NCBI GenBank assembly: GCA_045863315.1
Contig: BTUX01000002.1
Coordinates: 1-55,998, forward strand
Length of the DNA stretch: 55,998 nt
Reading direction: 5' to 3'
DNA from: Candidatus Hydrogenedentota bacterium
GTDB taxonomy: Bacteria; Hydrogenedentota; Hydrogenedentia; Hydrogenedentales; SLHB01
The translations under genes and the position numbers were made by a program. The notes beneath the pieces are model-generated. The model had not been told where the DNA came from, made no database searches, and saw only the letters and a program-made list of their open reading frames with translations. This document shows, one piece after another, positions 17,907-27,371 of this stretch (its first letter is position 1; each line of letters opens with the position of its first letter).

Positions 17907-19006
17907 GAACTTGTATTCTGCTCGCTCTATGCCTGACCGTAATTCCGTTCGCCTTCGGACAAGACCCCCCGAAGAATCCCGAGCGCGACAACATCGAAAC
18001 GTACCGGATTTTCGGGCCGGAACATCCGGGCGTGTACAAACACCCCGCGGCGCTCACGGAACTCGACAACGGCGACCTCTACCTCGCGTACTACGGCGGC
18101 CTCGGCGAATACGACGAAGACACGGCCGTGTACGGGTCGCGCCTGAAGAAAGGCGATACCCAATGGACCTTCCCCGAGATCATCGCGGACACGCCGGACA
18201 TCGGCGACGGCAACCCGGTCGTGTGGCAGGGCCCCGACGGCCGGGTCTGGCTTTTCTACAATTGCCGCTACGGCGAATCGAAGACGTGGTCCGACGGCCG
18301 CGTGCTGGGCAAGGTCTCGAAGGACGGCGCGCAGACGTGGTCGGACTCGTTTGTCGTGAACTTCGAGGCGGGTTCGATGGTCCGCGGCCGCCCCGAGGCC
18401 TTGTCGAACGGCGATTATCTTCTGCCGTTCTACCACGAAACCGGACACGACCCCGAACGCACCGCGCCGGACACCGCGTCGTATTTCATGCGGTATGACC
18501 CGAAGACGAAGAAGTGGTCGGAAACCGAGCGCATCGTGTCGCCCAACGGCAATCTCCAGCCGCAAATCGCCGAGCTTGAACCCGGCCATGTCGTCGCCTA
18601 CTGCCGGCGCGGCGGCGGGTTTGGTCGCGAAGAGCGCGGCTACATCATCCGGTCGGAATCGAAGGACTATGGCCAGACCTGGACGCCTGGAGTCGACACC
18701 GAGTTTCCCAACCCGAATTCCGCGGTCGATTTTTTGAAGCTCAAGAATGGCCACCTGCTGCTCGTCTACAACGACAGCTACAACGAGCGCACACCGTTGA
18801 CCGTCGCCATTTCGACCGACAACGACAAGACCTACCCCTACCGCCGCCACATCCTCGGCGGGCAGAACACGTACGCGTATCCCTATGCGATTCAGACCAA
18901 GGACGAGAAGATTCACATTATTTGCACGACGAACTCGCGCACGACGATTCTGCATAGCGTGTTCAACGAAACCGCGATCACCGAATCGCCGTGGATAAAC
19001 GAGTAG
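17903..19006 (+). CDS. BNR/Asp-box repeat exo-alpha-sialidase-like exported protein
   Basis: 367 aa. Signal peptide MRTCILLALCLTVIPFAFG. Asp-box motifs SKDGAQTWSD, SKDYGQTWTP and STDNDKTY. ATGA overlap with mocA. Confidence 0.8.
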   Translation: MRTCILLALCLTVIPFAFGQDPPKNPERDNIETYRIFGPEHPGVYKHPAALTELDNGDLYLAYYGGLGEYDEDTAVYGSRLKKGDTQWTFPEIIADTPDIGDGNPVVWQGPDGRVWLFYNCRYGESKTWSDGRVLGKVSKDGAQTWSDSFVVNFEAGSMVRGRPEALSNGDYLLPFYHETGHDPERTAPDTASYFMRYDPKTKKWSETERIVSPNGNLQPQIAELEPGHVVAYCRRGGGFGREERGYIIRSESKDYGQTWTPGVDTEFPNPNSAVDFLKLKNGHLLLVYNDSYNERTPLTVAISTDNDKTYPYRRHILGGQNTYAYPYAIQTKDEKIHIICTTNSRTTILHSVFNETAITESPWINE

Positions 19007-19047
19007 GGCCGGCTTCGCTGCGGTTGTGCGGAAAGCGCGGAGGGAAC

Positions 19048-20193
19048 ATGGCGATTCGGACCATCGGCATCATCATGAACGGCGTGACCGGGCGCATGGG
19101 GACCAACCAACACCTCGAACGCTCGATCCTCGCCATTCGCGATCAAGGCGGGGTGACGGGGCCGGATGGAACGGTCGTTATGCCGGAGCCGCTACTCGTC
19201 GGCCGGAATGAAGCGAAACTCCGCAAACTCTCCGAAGACCACGGCGGCCTCAACTTCACCACGGACCTTCAGTCCGCATTGAACGATGCAAACTGTCCCG
19301 TCTACTTCGACGCTCAAACCACCCTGCGCCGCTACGAAGACGTAAGGCACGCGATTGCGGCGGGCAAACACGTCTATTGCGAAAAGCCCGTCGCCACCGC
19401 TTCCGCCGAAGGACTCGATCTCTACCAACGAGCGAAGGCCGCCGGGGTCAAACACGGCGTCGTGCAGGACAAGCTCTGGCTGCCCGGCCTGCGCAAACTC
19501 AAGTCGTTCATCGACTCGGGGTTCTTCGGCGAAATTCTGAGCGTGCGCGGTGACTTCGGCTACTGGGTGTTCACCGGCGAAGATCAGCCCGCGCAACGCC
19601 CCTCCTGGAACTACCGCGCCAAGGACGGCGGCGGCATCATCCTCGACATGTTCTGCCACTGGCGATACGTCATCGACAACCTGTTCGGCAACGTCAACGG
19701 CGTGTTCGCCCTCGGCGCCACCCATATCAAAAAGCGCTGGGACGAACAGGGCAGTCCCTTCGATTGCGACACCGACGACGCCGCCTACGCCATCTTCACC
19801 ACCGACACCGGCGTCATCTGCCAGTTTAACTCCTCCTGGTGTACGCGCGTGAGACGCGACGACCTCGTGACCTTTCAGGTTGACGGCACGAAAGGCTCCG
19901 TTGTTGCGGGCCTGCGCGAATGCTGGTTTCAAAGCGCGGACATGACGCCCCGCCCCGTGTGGAATCCCGACATCGAGAACCCGATCGACTTCCGCGCCGG
20001 TTGGAGTCAGGCCCCCGGACAGGCGGAGTACGACAACGCCTTCAAATTGCAATGGGAACTCTTCCTGCGCCACGTCGCCTTCAACGAACCCTTTCGCTGG
20101 GACCTCAAAGAAGGCGCCAAAGGAGTGCAACTCGCGGAACTGGGGTTGAAATCCTGGCACGAACGCAGGTGGATCGACGTCCCCGCCATTTGA
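19048..20193 (+). CDS. Gfo/Idh/MocA family oxidoreductase
   Basis: Start at MAIRTIGIIMNGVTGRMG (ATG 19048 after GGAGGGA). Rossmann N-terminus and central GFFGEILSVRGDFGYW region. Confidence 0.85.
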   Translation: MAIRTIGIIMNGVTGRMGTNQHLERSILAIRDQGGVTGPDGTVVMPEPLLVGRNEAKLRKLSEDHGGLNFTTDLQSALNDANCPVYFDAQTTLRRYEDVRHAIAAGKHVYCEKPVATASAEGLDLYQRAKAAGVKHGVVQDKLWLPGLRKLKSFIDSGFFGEILSVRGDFGYWVFTGEDQPAQRPSWNYRAKDGGGIILDMFCHWRYVIDNLFGNVNGVFALGATHIKKRWDEQGSPFDCDTDDAAYAIFTTDTGVICQFNSSWCTRVRRDDLVTFQVDGTKGSVVAGLRECWFQSADMTPRPVWNPDIENPIDFRAGWSQAPGQAEYDNAFKLQWELFLRHVAFNEPFRWDLKEGAKGVQLAELGLKSWHERRWIDVPAI

Positions 20194-20205
20194 ACCCATT
20201 CACAC

Positions 20206-20256
20206 CACCGATGCACACCGATACGGAACCTACCGAAATCATCGGTGTGTGCCGGT
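20206..20256 (+). terminator. possible terminator-like hairpin after the oxidoreductase gene
   Basis: CACCG-ATG-CACACCGAT...ATCGGTGTG-TGC-CGGTG gives 9+5 bp starting 13 nt after the stop. There is no U-tract, so this is weak. Confidence 0.3.
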
Positions 20257-20391
20257 GGCCAAGTACGCACTCCCCGTGACTCCATGGTTGATTTCGGCCA
20301 ATATCATGCGAGGGTCACCGCGTCGGACGGCGCCGCTCGGTCGCCATGCGCGTTGATAACGCCCCCATCCACGCGGCATAATTTTGTTATC

Positions 20392-20468
20392 GGGCGGCTA
20401 GCTCAGTTGGTTAGAGCATCTGCTTTACACGCAGGGGGCCGGGGGTTCGAGTCCCTCGCCGCCCACCA
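20392..20468 (+). tRNA. tRNA-Val (anticodon UAC), CCA encoded
   Basis: GGGCGGC-TA-GCTC-AGTTGGTTA-GAGC-A-TCTGC-TTTACAC-GCAGG-GGGCC-GGGGG-TTCGAGT-CCCTC-GCCGCCC-A-CCA folds as a cloverleaf by eye. The anticodon loop is TT-TAC-AC. Confidence 0.9.
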
Positions 20469-20524
20469 ATCGCTTTTCGAGTATCGCCCTTTCCTACCCG
20501 CCCGGCGCTTGGGATTGCGCCCTG

Positions 20525-21586
20525 TCAGTTATAGCGTTCCCGCAGGCGATTGGCGGCGGCGGCTTCGTTGGTGAGTTTGGCGTAGGCTTCGTCGATGGGG
20601 ATGTCGGCGGCGTTGCCGGGCGCGAAGCCGCAGTCGGGGTTGAGGAGAATGCGGTCGGGGGGCAGATGACGCAGCGCTTTTTCGACGCGCTCGACGATGG
20701 CATCGACGGAGTCGATGGTTTCGCCGCGGCAGTCCACACAGCCGAGTCCCACCTTGGAGTTTTCGGGCAGTTCCTTGAGCACGGCCAAATCGCCTGCGAC
20801 GGGTATGGTGAACTCCATGACGTACTGGTTGACGTTCAGCCGTTTCAGCGCGGGTAGGATGGGGTCGTATCCGCCTTCCCCGACCCAACCGGCGCGCGCT
20901 TTGTTGCGGCGGCACAAATGGATGGCGGTGGTGACGCCGTCCACGCCGTCCATAATCCGATTGAGCATGTCGACGCAAAGGTCGATTTCGCGGTGGGGAT
21001 GGTCGAACGATTCGCGCACCCGCGCGTCGACGAACAGGCACAGGTGTGGATCGTCGAACTGGACGATGTCCGCGCCTGCGTCGCGCAGCGCGATCAGTTC
21101 GCCCCGCAGTATCGGAACGAGCGCGTCCATGAACGCCTCGCGAGTGGGGTAGGCGCGCGCCGAGCGGTCTGGGTCCCACATGCGCTGGCCCAGCAGGTAG
21201 GGAGACGGCAGCGCGACTTTGACGAGCCGGTCCGTTCGGGCGCGGAGGTAGGCGGCTTCCTGTGCGGCAAGACCCGGGCGGGTGTAGCGCAGCGGCTCGA
21301 CGACCGTGTGCCACCAAACGCCGTCCCGCCGTTCGAGCAGGAACCCCTCGCACACGTCCGCGATGATGCCGATGTACGAGCGGCGGCGGTATTCGCCGTC
21401 GGACACGATGTCGAGACCGGCCGCCTCCTGCAACGCGAGAATGTAATCCACGGCGGCATTCATCCGCTTTTCGAAGTCGGCGGGTTCTTTGGGGGCCCGC
21501 GCGGGGTCGAGGAGGTCGCGCACGAACTGCGTGCGCGGCATGCTGCCGACGATGCCCGCGGCGAAACGGGGGATATCGCGGGTCAT
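20525..21586 (-). CDS. cobalamin-independent methionine synthase (MetE C-terminal domain-like) family protein
   Basis: Start at MTRDIPRFAAGIVGSMPRTQFVRDLL (ATG 21586, ATGA overlap with the upstream gene). The 482-aa ORF-track form carries an Arg-rich antisense-like extension. The remaining sequence looks like a MetE/URO-D-like TIM barrel. Confidence 0.75.
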   Translation of the reverse strand: MTRDIPRFAAGIVGSMPRTQFVRDLLDPARAPKEPADFEKRMNAAVDYILALQEAAGLDIVSDGEYRRRSYIGIIADVCEGFLLERRDGVWWHTVVEPLRYTRPGLAAQEAAYLRARTDRLVKVALPSPYLLGQRMWDPDRSARAYPTREAFMDALVPILRGELIALRDAGADIVQFDDPHLCLFVDARVRESFDHPHREIDLCVDMLNRIMDGVDGVTTAIHLCRRNKARAGWVGEGGYDPILPALKRLNVNQYVMEFTIPVAGDLAVLKELPENSKVGLGCVDCRGETIDSVDAIVERVEKALRHLPPDRILLNPDCGFAPGNAADIPIDEAYAKLTNEAAAANRLRERYN

Positions 21587-22338
21587 ATCTTCCACTCCTC
21601 GCGCGCGATCTGGAAGTCCTGGTTTGTATCGATCTCCATGTAGCCGCCGCGGGTCGGCATGGCGTGGAACTCTTCTCCTGCGTCGATCATGTGTTGGAAC
21701 AGGTCGATGAGATAGGCCTTGCGAAACGACTTGGCCGCCTGGAACGGTCCATCGCCGTGCTCGGCCTTGCTCTCGTGGTAGTGACGGCGAAGGGCGGCAG
21801 CCGCCTTGGGCGTGAACCGCGCCACGCCGATGTACTCGCCGTGGGCTTCTTCGGACTGCATCGTGCGGTTTACGGCGCGGATGCGCGTGCCGCCGTCGAG
21901 CCGAATCTTCTCGCCGTCGTGCTCGGGGTGCTCGGTGCGCTGCAGGTACCGCGTCCGCCAGTCCGTGTCGCACACCAGGGTGGCGTCATGCGGACTTTGC
22001 ACGAGCCGCTGAATGATGCCGGGCGTGTACAGGATGTCGCTGTATGCGCACACGAAGCCGTCGTCCATGTGCGGTTCGGCGTGCATCAGCGATTCCATGA
22101 TGTTGTTGTTCTGCCAATCCGCGTTGTGGCAGAACGTGAACTGCGGGTAGGCCTGCCGCACCATGTCGATCCGGTAGCCGCCGATGAATACGACGTCGTC
22201 GAGACCGCCGGCCGCAAGGGCCTCAAGACCCCAATCGAGGATTCGTTTGCCCTTCACCTCGGCGAAGCACTTGGGCGCGTCGGCGGTATGCGGCATCAGG
22301 CGCGCGCCGCGCCCTGCCCCGATAATGATGGCTTTCAT
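21583..22338 (-). CDS. NTP-transferase domain protein (sugar/phospho-alcohol nucleotidyltransferase family)
   Basis: MKAIIIGAGRGARLMPHTADAPKCFAEVKGKRILDWGLEAL is the canonical GxGxR nucleotidyltransferase N-terminus. Confidence 0.75.
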   Translation of the reverse strand: MKAIIIGAGRGARLMPHTADAPKCFAEVKGKRILDWGLEALAAGGLDDVVFIGGYRIDMVRQAYPQFTFCHNADWQNNNIMESLMHAEPHMDDGFVCAYSDILYTPGIIQRLVQSPHDATLVCDTDWRTRYLQRTEHPEHDGEKIRLDGGTRIRAVNRTMQSEEAHGEYIGVARFTPKAAAALRRHYHESKAEHGDGPFQAAKSFRKAYLIDLFQHMIDAGEEFHAMPTRGGYMEIDTNQDFQIAREEWKI

Positions 22339-22374
22339 AAGCGGGATTATAAAGAATGAAAAGGAAAGATGGTA

Positions 22375-23265
22375 TCAGCGGCGCGGCGGCGGCAACAGTC
22401 GGGGCCGCTGGCGTAAACCGCCGGAAGCGGCAGGGTCTGACTTTGACTCGGGCGCGCCGCCCCGATCCTCGACCATGGGCAGGCCCGGGCCGTCCGTATT
22501 CAAGGCTTCCGCGGCGGGCTGCAGTTGTTGGATGAGCGCGAGGGTGCGCGAGCGCACGTCCTGCCACTGCGAGATCAGATTGGGCGTGTTGGGGTTGCGC
22601 AAGATGTTGTTGATGCCGTCAATGCCGACGTTGACGAGGAGAATGATCTGTTCCAGGTCCTCCAATTTTCCGGGTTCGAGTCCGAACGCGTTCACGTCGA
22701 TGGCGGCCTGGGTAAACAACACCCAGCTATCGCGAAAACTCTGGAACGAAGTCTTGAGCGCGCTGATGTCAGCGGTTGTAAGTTGACCCGCATGAAGTCC
22801 CGCGATGGACTTCTGCAACGCCTCGGTGTCGGTCTGCAGTTTTTCGAGCGCTCCACGTATATCCGTGATTCCATTGCGCGAACGCAGTCCTTTCAAGGTA
22901 GACACGGCGAAGTCGATTTGCGCCTTGGCGCCCGGAACGCTTTTCCCCGGCGTCAGCGCATTCACCGCATTCAAGAGGGCGTTATTGATCGCGTCGAAAT
23001 CCCTGCGCCACCCCGCGTCGTTGCTGGGCCACTCGCGGTATCGGCCGTAGCAGTCCGCCCAGGCTTCGTTGGCTTTATTGAGGGAGTCGCGCAAGGCGGT
23101 GGCGTCGCCGTCCGCGGCATCCTGCTGGGCGTTCGAGAAGGCGGTGGTGGCGCGGTCGAGAGCGCGGGTCAATTCCGCGTTTTGGGCGGACTGGCCGCTC
23201 GGAGCGACCTGTGCCAATGCCGCGTGCGCCACGTAACACATGATAAATAAAAGACTTCTGCTCAT
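22375..23265 (-). CDS. hypothetical exported, helix-rich protein
   Basis: 296-aa ORF. Signal peptide MSRSLLFIMCYVAHAALAQ. No family recognised. Confidence 0.55.
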   Translation of the reverse strand: MSRSLLFIMCYVAHAALAQVAPSGQSAQNAELTRALDRATTAFSNAQQDAADGDATALRDSLNKANEAWADCYGRYREWPSNDAGWRRDFDAINNALLNAVNALTPGKSVPGAKAQIDFAVSTLKGLRSRNGITDIRGALEKLQTDTEALQKSIAGLHAGQLTTADISALKTSFQSFRDSWVLFTQAAIDVNAFGLEPGKLEDLEQIILLVNVGIDGINNILRNPNTPNLISQWQDVRSRTLALIQQLQPAAEALNTDGPGLPMVEDRGGAPESKSDPAASGGLRQRPRLLPPPRR

Positions 23266-23568
23266 AGACGATGCAACCCCTCTTCCGACGTATATCCCTT
23301 CCTGCGGGCCGAAGTTCCCTCACGAAATTCTCGACTGCACGGCCGTGATGCGAACCATTCCCAGCGTCAATACGGGTTTGCGCAGACCGCGTTATGCTGC
23401 TATACTGCCGTTGATTTCCTGGCGCTGCAACCCGTGCCGTTTTATGCGTTCCCGGGAAGGGGACCCCGGGAGAGGATACGCTAAGGCCGGGCCATGCGCG
23501 GTTGCTCTGTGCGGAGTCGGCGTTACAGTGGTCGGGCCATGCGCCCAAAGCATGTGGGGAGGTGTGCT

Positions 23569-24435
23569 GTGAGCAAAAGACGAGGGTTCACGCTTATCGA
23601 ATTGCTTGTGGTGATCGCAATCATCGGCATACTGGCGGCGATCCTGCTTCCGGCGCTCGCGCGCGCCCGCGAAGCGGCACGACGCGCGTCTTGTCAAAAC
23701 AATCTGAAGCAAATGGGCATCATTTACAAAATGTATGCAGGAGAGGCCAAGCGGGAACTCCTTCCCCCCAAGACCATCCTGGGATACGATGACGACGTTC
23801 CCTATCCGACGGGCTGCCTGCCATGGCCAAGTCTGAACCCCTCGGACGATGCTCCCAGTTTCGCGATCGAGTCCGTCCACGTGTATCCCGAGTATATGAC
23901 GGACGCGAACATTCTCATTTGTCCCTCGGACCCGACGGGCGCATTGGTCATGCAGAAGGGGGTGAACGAGAACTGGGTGGATGACATCACGGGCAACATT
24001 GACATCACGAAGCTGTCCTGCCAGGGCGACGAATCCTATGGATACTTCGGTTTTGCCATCCCCTCCAACGAGTGGCTGAAGGGTTGGGGATCGCCCCTCA
24101 TCGTTGCCGCGCAACTGCTGCCCATCTTCGACAATCCCGACGAAGATTTCGAGATTACCCATCCGAACTTGGGCGTGCTTCAGGTCCACCGCCTGCGCGA
24201 GGGCATCGAACGGTTCTTCATTACCGATATCAACGACCCCAGTCGGACGTCGCAGGCGCAATCGGAGTTGTCCACCATGTTCGACGTGGTCAGCCCGATC
24301 ATCGAGAATTTCAACCATGTTCCGGGCGGATCGAACGTGCTGTATCTTGACGGGCACGTCGAGTATATCCGCTATCCGTCGGACCGGTTCCCCGTTTCCA
24401 AGGAATTCGCGGAGATGGCCGGCTACTTCGGTTGA
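23569..24435 (+). CDS. DUF1559 protein with prepilin-type N-terminal cleavage/methylation domain
   Basis: GTG 23569 follows [51 protein letters not shown] and C-terminal [17 protein letters not shown] (H-X9-DG). Confidence 0.85.
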   Translation: MSKRRGFTLIELLVVIAIIGILAAILLPALARAREAARRASCQNNLKQMGIIYKMYAGEAKRELLPPKTILGYDDDVPYPTGCLPWPSLNPSDDAPSFAIESVHVYPEYMTDANILICPSDPTGALVMQKGVNENWVDDITGNIDITKLSCQGDESYGYFGFAIPSNEWLKGWGSPLIVAAQLLPIFDNPDEDFEITHPNLGVLQVHRLREGIERFFITDINDPSRTSQAQSELSTMFDVVSPIIENFNHVPGGSNVLYLDGHVEYIRYPSDRFPVSKEFAEMAGYFG

Positions 24436-24458
24436 TTCCAGCCCGTTGCGAACAAATC

Positions 24459-24490
24459 AAGGCGCCCTCGAACTCAATCGAGGGCGCCTT
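24459..24490. terminator. bidirectional terminator-like hairpin between convergent genes
   Basis: AAGGCGCCCTCGA-ACTCAA-TCGAGGGCGCCTT forms a perfect 13-bp stem. It lies between the stops at 24435 (+) and 24520 (-). Confidence 0.55.
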
Positions 24491-24519
24491 CTATCATGAT
24501 CGATAAGCCCGAAGGAATG

Positions 24520-25236
24520 CTACGGTTTGGCTTCAGGTTGGGGCTTGTCGGGCGAGCCGGACTTCGGCCTTCCCTCGTTTCGATCCAGACCGGCCTCTTC
24601 CAGTAAGCGCTTCATTCCTTCCGGATCCTTCGACATTTCAATGGCGCGCTGAATCAGTCTGCGCATGTGCCATTCAAACTCCTGAAGGAACACGTAGAGC
24701 TTGGCTCGTTGCTTCACGCTCAGGCCCGCGGCCATTTGCTTGAAATAGTCCCAGCGCAGTTGATTGCGTTCCTGATCAACCCGGATCATCGCGTCCAGCT
24801 TCTGTTCGAGGTCGGCGTCGGGCGCGTCGTTTTTCAAGGCTTCCCGCAGTTCATCGCCCGCTGCCTCTCGCTGTCGCCACAGCCCTCCCATCTTTTCGCG
24901 CATTTCCTGCATCTGCCGGATCATGACGACGGTCTGTTCGTCTGTCAGCTCCAGTTCGCGCGAGACTCGGGCCATCAATACGGAACTCACCAACTCGCGG
25001 ATTTCCGCTTCCCGTTCTTCGCTGATTGGCGGACGGCGGGGCCCCCCTTCTCGGGGCGGTCCCGGAGAGTCCAAGCCGCGATGCGGGGGCCCGTCGCCGG
25101 GCTTTTTGGGGCCGAACACCGGAGGCTCATGGCCAGGCGCGCCGGGCTTGTCTTCTCCCGCTCGCGCCGCCGGCAGCAGAACACTTGCCCCAATCAGGAA
25201 CGCGAGCGTTGCGGTTCTCCTCGAAAAAAGACTCAT
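24520..25236 (-). CDS. periplasmic Spy/CpxP-like (LTxxQ motif) protein
   Basis: 238 aa. Signal peptide MSLFSRRTATLAFLIGASVLLPAARA, ELELTDEQTVVM motif, helical and charged. Overlaps the anti-sigma gene by 4 nt. Confidence 0.55.
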   Translation of the reverse strand: MSLFSRRTATLAFLIGASVLLPAARAGEDKPGAPGHEPPVFGPKKPGDGPPHRGLDSPGPPREGGPRRPPISEEREAEIRELVSSVLMARVSRELELTDEQTVVMIRQMQEMREKMGGLWRQREAAGDELREALKNDAPDADLEQKLDAMIRVDQERNQLRWDYFKQMAAGLSVKQRAKLYVFLQEFEWHMRRLIQRAIEMSKDPEGMKRLLEEAGLDRNEGRPKSGSPDKPQPEAKP

Positions 25237-25877
25237 AGGATTTCTGTTCCCCGTTCGGCGTATTGATCGAGCAGCGACTTCAAGGTATTCAATTCGTTGT
25301 CGGTGAGCAGACCCATTTCGATATCGACCGATCCCTCGTATTCGAATTGCCCGGGATCGTCGCGAAGAAACGCGACGCTGGCCAGAACCGTCGTATAGTC
25401 GTCAACGGATTCCGAAGCAAGTTCGAGGCTCTCGTCCACAACGGCGTCCCAGTCCTCCGGCATCCGTTCATCCAGTACAGAGGCCAGGGACTCGATCGTC
25501 TCGCCCGATTGTTCGCGCGACTCGAGGACCTGCGCAACGCGCGGGTCAAGCGCGGGAACGGCGGACTCTTGCCGGAACGCCCACGGCGCCACAATGACGG
25601 CGAACAACGCGGCCGCCGCGAGGCCGTACAGCCATGCCAGGCGGGGCGGCCTGTGCGGCGCGCTCGATTCACGCGCCAGGGCAACGACGCGCGTGGCAAA
25701 AGCCGGATGCACCTGGGGCGGCGGCAAGGCTCGTAAATGCGCCGATAGCTTGGACCATTCCATGTACCGCCGCGCGGCATCCGCGTCTTTTTGAAGGAGC
25801 CGCGCCACGGCTTCGGGGTCGTCCGATTCCCCGTCCAGGTAGGCGGACAACTCTTCGTCGAACCGTTTTCTATTCAC
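25233..25877 (-). CDS. anti-sigma factor (zf-HC2-like N-terminus, single TM)
   Basis: 214 aa. MNRKRFDEELSAYLDGESD...YMEWSKLSAHLRAL followed by the TM segment LAWLYGLAAAALFAVIVAPWAF. 4-nt overlap with the sigma gene. Confidence 0.7.
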   Translation of the reverse strand: MNRKRFDEELSAYLDGESDDPEAVARLLQKDADAARRYMEWSKLSAHLRALPPPQVHPAFATRVVALARESSAPHRPPRLAWLYGLAAAALFAVIVAPWAFRQESAVPALDPRVAQVLESREQSGETIESLASVLDERMPEDWDAVVDESLELASESVDDYTTVLASVAFLRDDPGQFEYEGSVDIEMGLLTDNELNTLKSLLDQYAERGTEIL

Positions 25878-26452
25878 AACAAATCGCCTCCCAGCTCGGT
25901 CATCTTGAGCCGGAGCTGTTCTCGGGCCCGCGCGAGCCGGCTTTTCACCGTGCCCTCACGGCACCGAGTCACTTGTGCAATCGTCTCGTAGTCCATGCAT
26001 TGAATCTCGCGCAAGACCAGCACCTCCCGGTGTTCCGGCGATAGCATGGCCAACGCGGTTTCAACCAATCCTTCAATTTCTCGGAGCCTGGCCTCTCGGT
26101 CCGGCCGTCGCGCCTCGTCCTCGATGTGGTGCTCGCTTTCGTCTTCGCGCGTAATCGAGTGGGTTTTCCCCCTTCCACGGCGCCCGGAATCACGAAGGAA
26201 GTTCAGCGTGAGGTTCCGCGCCATACCGAACAGCACGGTCGAGAACTTCGCCTCGGGTTTGAGCCGACCGAGGTAGCGGTACACTCTCACGAAACTGTCC
26301 TGCGCCAGGTCTTGTGCGTCCTCGAACGAACCGACCATGCGCATGCAAAAGTGGACGACAGGCGTCTCGTATCGCCGGACCAGTGCGGCGAACGCTTCCA
26401 TATCGCCGGAGCGTGCGCGCGCGACAAGATCCCAGTCCGCATCGTCGCTCAT
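25874..26452 (-). CDS. ECF-type RNA polymerase sigma-70 factor
   Basis: Start taken at MSDDADWDLVARARSGDMEAFAALVRRYETPV (ATG 26452). Region 4 is EVLVLREIQCMDYETIAQVTRCREGTVKSRLARAREQL. The ORF-track start at 26575 is possible but less likely. Confidence 0.85.
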   Translation of the reverse strand: MSDDADWDLVARARSGDMEAFAALVRRYETPVVHFCMRMVGSFEDAQDLAQDSFVRVYRYLGRLKPEAKFSTVLFGMARNLTLNFLRDSGRRGRGKTHSITREDESEHHIEDEARRPDREARLREIEGLVETALAMLSPEHREVLVLREIQCMDYETIAQVTRCREGTVKSRLARAREQLRLKMTELGGDLL

Positions 26453-26558
26453 GCGCGCCGTTTCCTCGACCACATTGCGTTCAACACCCCCGTTGTCGAG
26501 AAGTTCCGGTATACCTCCGGTTGCTCCCGGGTACGCGATCAGCGCATAACCCCATGTC

Positions 26559-26924
26559 TTATTTTGATTTGCCAATCTCGATCCGTTGTTTCGCGCGCAC
26601 GCTCAGCAACTTTAATCCACGCGCCAAATGCTCGATTTCCTGGAGCAGGGGAGCGATGCTCTCGGACTGCGATTCCTCCGCCGTCGCTATGATTCGCAGC
26701 CAGTACGCGGTCTGACGGCAGGCCCGCCGACCCGCGGAATAACTCTCGACCTGACTGGCCGAGCCGGCATGCCGGGCCTCGACCAATTCGGCCCCGATGC
26801 CGACTCCACTCCGAACCAATTCGTTGATCACGGGCTCGGGCAAGTCCGGTTTCAGTCGTTGCGCTAGTTTCAGGATCGCCACCCCAAACTCGAAAGTCCG
26901 CTCCTCGAGTTCCTGAGGCTCCAT
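26559..26924 (-). CDS. four-helix-bundle protein (23S rRNA intervening-sequence protein family)
   Basis: MEPQELEERTFEFGVAILKLAQRLK...ELVRSGVGIGAELVEARHAGS...RRACRQTAYWLRII matches the TIGR02436-type pattern as I recall it. An alternative start lies at 26957. Confidence 0.7.
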   Translation of the reverse strand: MEPQELEERTFEFGVAILKLAQRLKPDLPEPVINELVRSGVGIGAELVEARHAGSASQVESYSAGRRACRQTAYWLRIIATAEESQSESIAPLLQEIEHLARGLKLLSVRAKQRIEIGKSK

Positions 26925-27111
26925 TTCCCTTACCGGATGCAGTCGAGAAACGCGCATGACCGTCCCTTTCCCCGTGCCGTCGTACTTCGAAGCGTGCTTC
27001 GCGAGTATAGCACTGCGGACCAAGCAGCAGAAGCGGGAAAAACCCAGTAAGTCGCAAGCGGTCCCCAAAGCAATGCAGATTACCGTTGGACAGCGTGACA
27101 AAGCGACAGTT

Positions 27112-27306
27112 CTAACCCGCATTTCTCACCAGTCGCTCCCGATGACGGGAGCGACTGGTGAGAAATGCTCAGGAGATAGCATAGAAGTCAATCGGGTGAG
27201 GATTTTTCACACCAACAGCCCGTTTTTTGCCCTGTCGCTGCATAATGGCATGTGCTGTACGAAGTTGTATCCTTCTTTGCCCGAGGGTGTGAAAAACCCG
27301 GGTTAG
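27112..27306 (-). mobile_element. MITE-like structured repeat, copy C (only full-length copy on the minus strand)
   Basis: The plus strand reads CTAACCCGCATTTCTCACCAGTCGCTCCCG-ATGA-CGGGAGCGACTGGTGAGAAATGC...GGATTTTTCACACC...GGTGTGAAAAACCCGGGTTAG. This is the reverse complement of the family consensus with about a dozen substitutions. Confidence 0.8.
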
Positions 27307-27371
27307 CTTCGTCGCTAAGCGACGATAACGCCGGGTCGATGAGCTGCGGGGATAGAAGGCGACCGTCCGCT

